From the IMG/VR virus record IMGVR_UViG_3300020421_000013: a stretch of 20,000 bases of DNA; one strand, given 5' to 3'. The DNA is from an uncultured virus (IMG/VR IMGVR_UViG_3300020421_000013) (Duplodnaviria; Heunggongvirae; Uroviricota; Caudoviricetes; Crassvirales). This document shows, one piece after another, positions 7,755 to 17,100 of this stretch. Position 1 is the stretch's first letter, and the number at the start of each line of letters is the position of its first letter. The notes under the pieces are model-generated. The model saw only the letters and a program-made list of their open reading frames with translations. It made no database searches and was not told the DNA's origin. Both the position numbers and the translations under genes were made by a program.

Positions 7755-8147
7755 ATGCATATTAAAAGGACCTTAAATCTGGTAAAACAGTTTAATAAAT
7801 CATTTAGTGTAAAAGCTAACAAAAATCCAGGAGTTCTTTCTGAAGAGGAGTGGACGCTCAAAGCCAACCTCATGACGGAAGAGCTTTCTGAGTATATAGA
7901 GGCATGCAAACAAGGCGATCTTGTTGAGGTTGCAGACGCCATTGTTGATATGCAGTATATATTGTCAGGGATTATTATAGCGCATGGCTTAGAAAATGTT
8001 TTCGAAGACCTCTTCAATGAAGTCCATGATTCTAATATGAGTAAACTTGAAAATGGGAAAGCCCTTAGAAGGGATGACGGAAAAGTGCTTAAGGGAAAAA
8101 ATTATTTTAAACCTGACTTAAAAAAAATTTTGTTAAAATGGATCTAG
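7755..8147 (+). CDS. MazG-like nucleoside triphosphate pyrophosphohydrolase (DR2231/PRA-PH-like)
   Basis: EELSEY..DLVEVADAIVD..EVHDSNMSK..RRDDGKVLKG pattern of the all-alpha NTP-PPase DR2231-like family. Confidence 0.9.
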   Translation: MHIKRTLNLVKQFNKSFSVKANKNPGVLSEEEWTLKANLMTEELSEYIEACKQGDLVEVADAIVDMQYILSGIIIAHGLENVFEDLFNEVHDSNMSKLENGKALRRDDGKVLKGKNYFKPDLKKILLKWI

Positions 8148-8383
8148 AAAAGCAAATTAAAAAGATTGTAGGTTACAAAACCTGGAGTTTAAGGAAAAAA
8201 GTAGATGAACTGCTTCGTATCGATCACGAAATGTATATGAATCTAGGTTGTGATTCTACAAAAAAAGAAATACAAGAAGTTAAAAAAAGTAGCAGATTAA
8301 TATATAGAGCGATAACTCAAGTTAGTCCATCAGATGGATATGCGCTTGAGGCACATATGATGGAGAAGGATTTAAGAGTATAG
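8138..8383 (+). CDS. Hypothetical protein, 81 aa, helical
   Basis: Overlaps the upstream gene by 10 nt and abuts the next ATG. Confidence 0.75.
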   Translation: MDLEKQIKKIVGYKTWSLRKKVDELLRIDHEMYMNLGCDSTKKEIQEVKKSSRLIYRAITQVSPSDGYALEAHMMEKDLRV

Positions 8384-8557
8384 ATGAAAGCGGCTGATTT
8401 TTTAAACAATTATTTTAACGATGAACTTTCACCTTTATTAGATGAGGTGTACGAAGATTGTATGGATCAGTCACACAGTACGGCAAAAAATAAAATTAAT
8501 AAGCTTATATATAAGCTTCAAGAATTAAGAAGACATTTGCATGACAACAATGAGTGA
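8384..8557 (+). CDS. Hypothetical 57-aa helical protein MKAADFLNNYFNDELSPLLDEVYEDCMDQSHSTAKNKINKLIYKLQELRRHLHDNNE (not in the ORF track)
   Basis: Manual translation. ATG directly follows the upstream TAG, and the stop overlaps the phosphoesterase start region. Confidence 0.75.
   Translation: MKAADFLNNYFNDELSPLLDEVYEDCMDQSHSTAKNKINKLIYKLQELRRHLHDNNE
8501..8518. repeat. Perfect 18-bp palindrome AAGCTTATATATAAGCTT
   Basis: Self reverse-complementary; 22 nt upstream of ATG 8541. Confidence 0.8.
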
Positions 8558-9686
8558 AGAGCAAAAGAAGTATGCCCTTGATCACTATGAGGCGGGCTTT
8601 ACTAATAAAACTTTGCTCGCTAAAATGATGATTGAGAAATGGAAAATCGACATGCCAGTTGAAAAGCTGAGACGTTCACTATCATCGTGGCTAAATAGAA
8701 ATGCAATAAAAAAAGAAAACCCTGCTTTGTCAGAAGAATGCGAGACTGTCGGCATTGATCCAAATGATGTGCGACATGCGTGGTACAAAGGAGAACATTG
8801 GAGTATAAATTTTAAACCAAGCTCTTCTGGACCGACTTTTGATGAAATGTTAAAAGAACACATAGAAGATGTTAAAAATCATACGTTCAATTATAAACCT
8901 ATTGTCAGAGAAAGATATCCTGATTCTTGCTTACTCGTTATTGATCCTGCTGATGTACATATTGGGAAGTTGGCTAGAAGCTTCGAAACAGGAGAAGAAT
9001 ACAATAGTCAAATCGCAGTGCAACGAGTTAAAGACGGCGTACAAGGAATACTCGATAAAACAGCTGGATTTAATATAGATAAAATACTTTTTATAGCGGG
9101 TAATGATATTATGCATGTCGACACCCCAAAAAGAGTAACTACATCTGGTACACCACAAGATACAGATGGAATGTGGTACGATAATTTTTTGTTAGCAAAA
9201 AGATTATATGTTGATGTTGTGGATCAGCTGATGCAAGTAGCTGATGTTCGTTTTATGTTCAATCCATCTAATCATGATTATCAAAGTGGATTTTTCTTAG
9301 CAGATTCAATAAGTTCTTGGTTTAAAAAATGTAAAAACGTTTCGTTTGACGTAAGCATTGCTCATAGAAAATATTATAAATATCACAATAATTTAATTGG
9401 CACAACACATGGAGATGGAGCTAAAGCCCAAGACCTCCCCTTACTTATGGCGCAAGAAGCGAAAAAAGACTGGGCTGAGGCAAAAAACAGGTATGTATAC
9501 ATACATCACATACACCATAAAATGTCTAAAGATTTCATTGGAGTTACTGTTGAAGCTTTACGATCTCCATCTGGAACAGATTCGTGGCACCATAGAAATG
9601 GGTATCAACACTCACCGAAAGCGGTTGAAGGATTTGTACATTCGAAGGATCACGGGCAAATAGCTAGAATCACACACCTATTCTAA
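8541..9686 (+). CDS. Calcineurin-like metallophosphoesterase with N-terminal HTH-like region
   Basis: Five motifs in order: ADVHIG, GNDIMHVD, SNHD, THGD, HIHH. The N-terminal ~55 aa are helical/HTH-like; the start may be ATG 8550. Confidence 0.88.
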   Translation: MTTMSEEQKKYALDHYEAGFTNKTLLAKMMIEKWKIDMPVEKLRRSLSSWLNRNAIKKENPALSEECETVGIDPNDVRHAWYKGEHWSINFKPSSSGPTFDEMLKEHIEDVKNHTFNYKPIVRERYPDSCLLVIDPADVHIGKLARSFETGEEYNSQIAVQRVKDGVQGILDKTAGFNIDKILFIAGNDIMHVDTPKRVTTSGTPQDTDGMWYDNFLLAKRLYVDVVDQLMQVADVRFMFNPSNHDYQSGFFLADSISSWFKKCKNVSFDVSIAHRKYYKYHNNLIGTTHGDGAKAQDLPLLMAQEAKKDWAEAKNRYVYIHHIHHKMSKDFIGVTVEALRSPSGTDSWHHRNGYQHSPKAVEGFVHSKDHGQIARITHLF

Positions 9687-9856
9687 TGTTTGAAGTTGTA
9701 TTTTTTCCGTTATATGGGGTTACAGTAGGAGTTAACTACTGGAATAATACTATGGATCAATGGCCTGACTGGATGGAAGACGACGAAGAAGAAGAACAAC
9801 ACATGATTCAAATATTTTGTTTGTTCTTTGGGTTTTCAATAATTTGGTATCGATAA
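9686..9856 (+). CDS. 56-aa protein with two hydrophobic segments flanking an acidic loop (not in the ORF track)
   Basis: MFEVVFFPLYGVTVGVNYWNNTMDQWPDWMEDDEEEEQHMIQIFCLFFGFSIIWYR; TAATG-coupled to the phosphoesterase; last gene before the terminator. Confidence 0.75.
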   Translation: MFEVVFFPLYGVTVGVNYWNNTMDQWPDWMEDDEEEEQHMIQIFCLFFGFSIIWYR

Positions 9857-9891
9857 TATCCCTATCATTATTTTAGAAGTCTGATTATGGA

Positions 9892-9925
9892 AAGCACCTG
9901 ATAAAATACTGCCAGGTGTTTTTTT
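9892..9925 (+). terminator. Putative intrinsic terminator
   Basis: GCACCTG (9894-9900) pairs with CAGGTGT (9913-9919) around a 12-nt loop, running into a T-tract to 9925. Confidence 0.6.
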
Positions 9926-9938
9926 GTAACTTAGCCTT

Positions 9939-10397
9939 ATGCTTATCGAAAAAATTTATTGGAGTGAAGAGCCTACCGTCGAACAGGAAATATTAATGAC
10001 AACATTTCTGAAAGAGAAAGGATACGATAAATTACTTGAAAAACATCACATGTATATATTCTTGAGCGAAAAACCAGAAGAAGTGTTTTTTAAACTATAC
10101 AAGACTTCAAGAGTGATGCACATATCTAAAAAATATAATTTTTCAGTTGATCAGGTTATAGAATATTTGTTCGATTCTTTTAGTTTTTATCAGGAACTCA
10201 GAGAAGTTTTGTATTGGAATAGTATAGGTGACTACAAAAAATATGTACCTTGTACAGGTGAAATCAAAACAGTAAATGGTACTGAGTCGGTTATTGAAAA
10301 CGATTGTGTCTTTGCGAAGACAGAACAAGAAGCAGAATTGCTTTTTAAAGATATCGGATATAGTGATTTAATGTATGTTGTTGATATAGATGAGTAA
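9939..10397 (+). CDS. Hypothetical protein, 152 aa
   Basis: ORF after the terminator. TAACTTAG (9927-9934, -7-like) just upstream could give a near-leaderless transcript; overlaps the next gene by 8 nt. Confidence 0.7.
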   Translation: MLIEKIYWSEEPTVEQEILMTTFLKEKGYDKLLEKHHMYIFLSEKPEEVFFKLYKTSRVMHISKKYNFSVDQVIEYLFDSFSFYQELREVLYWNSIGDYKKYVPCTGEIKTVNGTESVIENDCVFAKTEQEAELLFKDIGYSDLMYVVDIDE

Positions 10398-10674
10398 TTT
10401 TCCATGTACATCTTGCGGCGCCTGCTGCAGAAGGCTACATCTTTTTCCTAAGGATTTGATAGAAGAGCACGGGCTAAAGCATGACCAGTCTGGACGATGT
10501 GAAAATCTACAGGAGAACAACAAATGTAGAATATACGAAGATAGACCTGAGATATGCATTGTCGATCACAAAAAGTATGACGTGGATGCTGATTTCTACT
10601 ATAAGGTTGTAGCTAATTCATGCAACACATGGATGGAAGAGGACAAGTCTGAATATGAACGAGTCAAACTATGA
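10390..10674 (+). CDS. YkgJ-family cysteine-cluster protein (CxxCxxCC, putative Zn/Fe-S binding)
   Basis: FPCTSCGACC..RCENL..NKCRIYEDRPEIC family pattern. Confidence 0.88.
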   Translation: MSNFPCTSCGACCRRLHLFPKDLIEEHGLKHDQSGRCENLQENNKCRIYEDRPEICIVDHKKYDVDADFYYKVVANSCNTWMEEDKSEYERVKL

Positions 10675-11126
10675 GAAGAAAAGTTAAGCGGAATAAGCAA
10701 ATAACGAGATCAACGAAAGTACAGTATCAAGGATTAAATTTTGCATCCAAATTAGAAATGCATATGTACAAGCTCCTGAAACAAGCAAAGATACCAGTAG
10801 AATACGAAGGTAAAACATTTTCATTAGTTGAGGGTTTTGATTTTACAAATGCAAGCTACGAGAAAACTCGAGTTAAGAAATTCTTGCATGATAGAGGCAA
10901 TAAAAATGTATTGCCAATCAAATATACGCCAGATTTTTTAGATATTCAGGACCCCCCTAGATTTATTATTGAATGCAAGGGTAATCCAAACGAAGCTTTT
11001 CCTATCCGCTGGAAGCTTTTTAAGCGGTATTTAATAAACAACAACATTAAAGCTGACCTTTTTATGCCTAGAAATCAAAAAGATTGCGCAGAGGTCGTTA
11101 AAATAATTCAAGAAATTATTGACTAG
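10671..11126 (+). CDS. PD-(D/E)XK endonuclease, T7 endonuclease I / DUF1064-like (putative Holliday junction resolvase)
   Basis: FASKLE..VEYE..KYTPDF..IIECKG motif order; ATGA-coupled to the upstream gene. Confidence 0.82.
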   Translation: MRRKVKRNKQITRSTKVQYQGLNFASKLEMHMYKLLKQAKIPVEYEGKTFSLVEGFDFTNASYEKTRVKKFLHDRGNKNVLPIKYTPDFLDIQDPPRFIIECKGNPNEAFPIRWKLFKRYLINNNIKADLFMPRNQKDCAEVVKIIQEIID

Positions 11127-14100
11127 CATCCATCAAGGCTCTTCTGAGGTTTTGTTTTCTTAAAAGTTCACTCTTATTGTACTTTGGATTTCGCACTTTT
11201 TCTTTTACTTCTTCTAGTCTTTCCTCCTTTTCCTCCATCTCAATTCTTTTGATAGACGTAGGAGTTCTGCTTATTAAGTAATCTCTATTTATTTTCCCTC
11301 GCAACGCCCTCGTAAGCGTGTTTAAGTCTGCTGATGGAAAAACAGAATTAATCAGTGTAGCGACAGCTAAAACATCTGCTGCATCCTTAGCACGCTCCAT
11401 AACATATCTATCCTTACCTATGGAGTAAGACGGGAACTGCCCCTCTTGTGTATTCATTCTTTGCATCAAATACACCAGAGAGTTAACGTTGTCTAGGTAA
11501 TCTTCAGCAACCAATTCATAAACACCTAAACTACTAAGTAACACCTCAGAAAGATCACGTGCATTCATAGGTCCAATATCCGAACCTAATCTTCTAATTG
11601 CTGGATTGTAGCTATTAAAAAAATCTTCATTTACTAAATCTGATCTTTTCAATGTTTCATTCACTATCATCAAACCGAGCTCCGTAGCAATAGGTGGCGT
11701 TGGTAGAGGTATCATGCCATCTGCTAATGCAGTGTAAAATTCTTTTGATAAATCCCTTTCATAATTAGTGAGTTTGAATTCTTTCCCTTTAGCAATATCA
11801 ACACCGTCTTGACCAAAACGATCTTGGTATATCGCTATAAGTTTATCAATTTCATCGTCAAATCCTAACAAAGAAGCGAATAAACCAGAAACAGAAGAAA
11901 TAAGTGCAGTATTAAATATCGGACTCATAATTTTGAATACACCTATCTCAACAGCCGCAGACATCAATCTTCTTGCAGCCATAGCTTTATCTGCTCTAGA
12001 CGTATACTTCGTATTAAGAATACCATAATCATTAGCCATACCTGCCTTTCTATTATACATAAAAGCACCAAACATGTAGAATAAATCTGCTATTGCTCTG
12101 TGATTGCCACCAAATATACCTCGCTGATTCCAATTGTCTTGTTGTCTTTGTGATCTACCAACCTGATCATCAGCATAAGCTCTAGCTTTTTCACTAAAAT
12201 TGTTTGCGGCATATTCAAAAAACTCAGAATCACTCATTTTTCTTAATTCTGGATTATTCTTCATTTCATAATCCATGTAAAAAGCCAGGAATGTAGCATC
12301 TGCCGCCAACTCATCTGAATGAGTAACCATAGGTTTTAAAAACAAACCCTCTACTACATTTTTAACGAATTTATCATCAACCCACTTAGCTGTTTTACCA
12401 GCATATGTTGTTGGTTCAGTAAATTTTAATCCATCGATATAACCAGTACCATATCTAGCCTTGCCTGTTCTTCCCAATGTAGTGCTATTAGATATTATAG
12501 TCATTTTGTTTTTGTGCTCTAAACTAGAAGCTAATCCTTTTCCTCCTGTAGCACCAAACACAAATCGAGCTATTTCTTTAGATAAATAAGCCCTAGGAGC
12601 CCCACCCATGTTTACAGTTTGAGCCAGCATGGCAGATAATCCTTGTGCCGCTCTCATTCGTATACTAGCTAGTCTTTTTGTTTGAGAAATAGTTTTTACT
12701 GATTTACCAATTCTAGCCATAACACCAGTAAACTCATCTGAGTCAATAATTTCAGTTCTAGAAGTTTTAACCATTTCTCTTTGAGCATTGACTAAATTTT
12801 CATTTAAAACTTTTTTTAGATAATCAAAATCAGTTATGGTTGGCTCAGCGAATGCTCTGCTCACAGATTCAGTATCAAATATGTCTGAAAACTTTTTGCT
12901 ATTATAAACCCCAGATAATGTTGATATATGTTCTGCAGCTGACAATTGTGCTTTAGTGTTTTTATACAAATCGAACACTATGGCTTCGTAATTGTCGAAA
13001 AACATGTCAGCATCAGGAATATTTGTTTGGTCGGAAGACTCTTGTAAGTTTCCTGACACCATTTGTGAAGGGTCTTCTATTGGCGTTATAACATCCATAT
13101 CTCCAACAACACCTCCGACAAGATTGTTTTTACCTAAGTTAGAATACACTAAAGGCATGTAGTTTTCAAACATCATTGGTTCTTTTCCTAAGAAATCTAC
13201 CATGTGTTGATTTACGCCATCATACAAGGGCTTGAACATACTGCGAAGTTCATTTACACCCAAAACATTGTAATCTTTTGCCCTGCCCTCCACCTCAGCA
13301 TAAGAATTAGATCCAGCAATAATATTGTTGAAAACCTTCATAAAGTCTTTTTGCTTTTTCTTCGCCACATTTGAATTGTCATCACGCAACATGTTTTCTA
13401 TATATTGACGTAATGAATTGGCTTTTTCTTTAAATTGAGTATTTATATCATCGGTTTTCTGCTGGCCATCTAAACCTTTGTCATGATACTTTCCTAAATA
13501 AGAAAGCATTCCTCTTTCAATCAGGTTGTCACTAGATTTAAATTCGTCTATGCTTATCTTGATCCCTTCTTTAGAAAGAAAAGACAATGATTCAAATTCC
13601 TCTTTTTTATCTTGTGCTTGTTTTTCAGCTACGGTTATAGCGGTGTCTTTGTTACTCTCTAGTGTCAGTAGTGGCTGTTTTGCTTTCTGACTCTTAAATA
13701 ACATACTAATAATCAACCTTTGATCTGCGAAGCCAAATGTTTTTCCAGTAAATAAACTTTCTAAAAATGTCTGAGGTTTTAATTTTTCTCCTATTGTTTC
13801 GGTTGGCATGTTAGATAACACCTCATCCATCACCTGATCGGCTTTTGCTAAAAATGTGTAGTATCTTCTTATGGGTATTTTTGTTACATCTCCGCTTTTT
13901 GATGCTTCGGCTAAATCGTTTGTTAATTTTTGAAATATTCTTTTTTGAGCTTCAGTAAGATCTTTGTAATTTTTGCTGTCTAAAAAATTAATTACTCCTT
14001 GTAATTCTTTTGGATTTCTAGTTACAGGATTAGTTGGCTTATCAAACAAGGCTTTTTCATTTGCGACAACTCGAAGCGACCTAAGATTTTTAGCCGTTTG

Positions 14101-17100
14101 TCGCATAGTCAAATCTTCTTCAGTTATCGCTTTTCTTTGTTGATCTCTAAAAACAATGTCAAATTCAGACATTTCTTCCGACGTTAAGTTTTCAGGATAT
14201 ATAACTTTATCTTTTAGTTTAGATTCGAGGCCAAACTTTTCTAAAAACCTAAAATTGGCTGGAGATTGTCTTAATGTAACAGGAACTTTATATTTATTAG
14301 CGAAATCCTGTGCGTTTTTAATAAGAACCTGCTCTTCTGTTTTATATCTTGCATAGTTTTCCTCGTCGGCCTTTCTTAATTCTTCTTTGCTAACTAAAGG
14401 ATCTTGTATGCCTTCATAAAAGTCCTGCAAATCATTATCGTTGTCAAAAGCTTCTTGAACTAATGGCTGGCCATATCGCATTTCAATACCAAGCAATCCA
14501 TTGTCTCTAGACACAGGTACGGTTTCTCTTGAAACAACTTCGCTTTCGTCTTTTTGCTTGTTTGTTTTTTGAGATGTATCAGCCAATTCCTGGGACATTT
14601 GATTTCTGTCAAAGAAAAATTTTGCACCTACAGTACTATAATCCCATTTGTGATCCTTGCTAAAATATATAGCATTTTCTTCTGTATCCTTGAAAGTAGG
14701 GTCTGTATTTTTAACGAATTTATCCCTATCCCTAAGCTCGTCCCGTGTTCTTAAATTTCCATCAAGAAGAACATCAAACTTAGTCCTGGTTGCGTGAGAA
14801 ACGACCTCTCTTTCATCACCCCCTTTAACGCCAACAAATGCATCGATATTTTTCCCAACATCTTGTGATAATTTATATTGACCTTCAGCTGTTATTTTAT
14901 TGAAGTTTTTTTGCTGATCTCTAACAAGTTGTTTTAATTTTTTCTCGGTGCGTTCCTTAAAGTTTTGATCAACTTCCTGCCCTTTTTCTGGAATTCCTTG
15001 GGGGTCTGTTTCATCAAATATAGTTTTTATATCAAGCTCAACTCTAGCGTCTTTTGCTTGATTAACTAAATCTTGTATTTCTATTTCTGTTTTTGCTATT
15101 GCAGCAAGGTTTTCTTTATCAGCATTTTTTATAAAATCTTTAGACTGATTTATAATATTGCTTTGTCTTTCAGTAAGATTATTATACTCTTCTTCAATTA
15201 AATTATTGGTTGATTTGCCCTGCTTTTTTAAATCGTCTTTGATTTTCTGAATAGATGTTAATTCATGTGATATAGAATTGTATTCTATATTTTGCTCTAG
15301 ATAAAGGCTTGTTAAGACTTCTTCTATAGCTTTTCTAGATGATTTTGTTTGAGTGTATCCCAAACCAGCACTCAATACAAATCCAGATCCAATACTGCTT
15401 AAAGATGTGTTTCCTACGGTTCTAGCGTAATCTTCGAATTCATATTCAGCAATTCCAGTAGCTTCATCAATCATCATATTGTGAACAGATATCAAGTTTT
15501 CTTCAAACTGTTCAGAAGCCATTCCAGCCCCAAGCTTGTAACTCATCTCCTTCACAAGGCCTCTTCTGTAAGCTTCTACAGCCTCATTCATTTGAGAAAC
15601 AGTAGCCTTACCAGGAATTATTTTACTTGCGTCTTTAAATAATTTATATGTAAATGCTCTTGTAACTAATGCTTCTTGCGCTGCCTTAGCAAAAGCAGTT
15701 CCATACATATTTACTCTACTTCTTTCTAGATGTGGAGCAAGCGACTCATCTATGTGACCATCCTCAGCAAAGTCTCTACGAGCTATAGACTGCATCGTTC
15801 TAGCCTGCTCCATTGACTGTCCAAATGCAGAGGTGGTTGTCATTGCTAAACCAGCTGCTGGGTTTATCATGAATAGGGCTGTGTGCGGAAAACTTTGTCC
15901 CGCTGCCTGACTCATCCTAGTTGCCAGCTCAACAAAACTTGAAGAATCTACTATATCTCCTTGATTTTCAGGCAATATAACTTGCTTCGATCTAATCTGA
16001 TCTTTTAATTTTTGAATTTGACGATCTTTTTGCTTGTAGTATACGTTAGAAAAGTAATCATCTACTTGATCTTTAGTCCAGTCAGTTCCTAATTCAACGA
16101 CAGCCTTTGTTATTGCAGTTTCAGGTATTGCTGCTAAATGATGCATTGTTTCTGCCATATCAGCAGATATATCTAAAATACTGTTTGTTGCCGATCCAAA
16201 AAGATATGCCACAAAGTTATCGTTAGTGGTTTGATCTTCTAAAAGTTTTGTGGCTTGGTTTATTAAAACATTATTCATGTTTTTGAAACCAGTGTTATTT
16301 AATGTGCTTTCATCATTTATAGTTATGTCAATCTCGCCTGATCTTCTCAAATCAAAATCAGTCAAAACATCATATAACTGATTGTATGATGAAGGACGAC
16401 CATCTATTTGAATTCCTGGAACTTTAATATCTCCTGGGTCTAGGTCTCCTGAAGCCATCAACTGGTCTACTACAGCAGAATTAATTTGATTATTTTTAAC
16501 AAAAGCTTCTATACCTCCTGTGTTGTCTATCAGATTAGAATATGTTGTTGAAAACACTCCTCGACTTCTCTGATATTGACGTATAACCCCATCATATGAA
16601 CGCATCTTTTCTTTAAGCTCGAGATATGCTGGGTTTTTCTGTCCATAGCTTTGTGTCCCTGCGGTGCCCTGTAAGTATTCTTCAACACCTTCTAATTGTT
16701 TTTTTAATGCATTTTTACCAGCAATAGCTTTCTGAACTACTTCTTGATCCATGATTATATCAGAACGCATTTTCTGAGCTGCCTCAGCTGGGTTTGTCTG
16801 AAAATCTAAACCATATACAATTTCAGGAGTAACATCGCCTTTAACTTTTTGCATAAAGTCTCTCAGTCCTCTTGCATCAAGAACCATTTGTTCATCAGTA
16901 ACGGTTCCATTAAGCCAAAAGCTATTGTTTTCTATTTTAAATGTACCCTCTATATTAGGATGTGAAACTTCTATATTATCCTCAGAAGGGTCAACTTCTT
17001 TAAAGTTGAATCCAAGGTATCCAAATTGTTTTTCAAGCTTAATTCTTAAATCTGATTCATCTCCACCTCCAATTGTTGTTCCAAATATTCCAGGTTCAAT

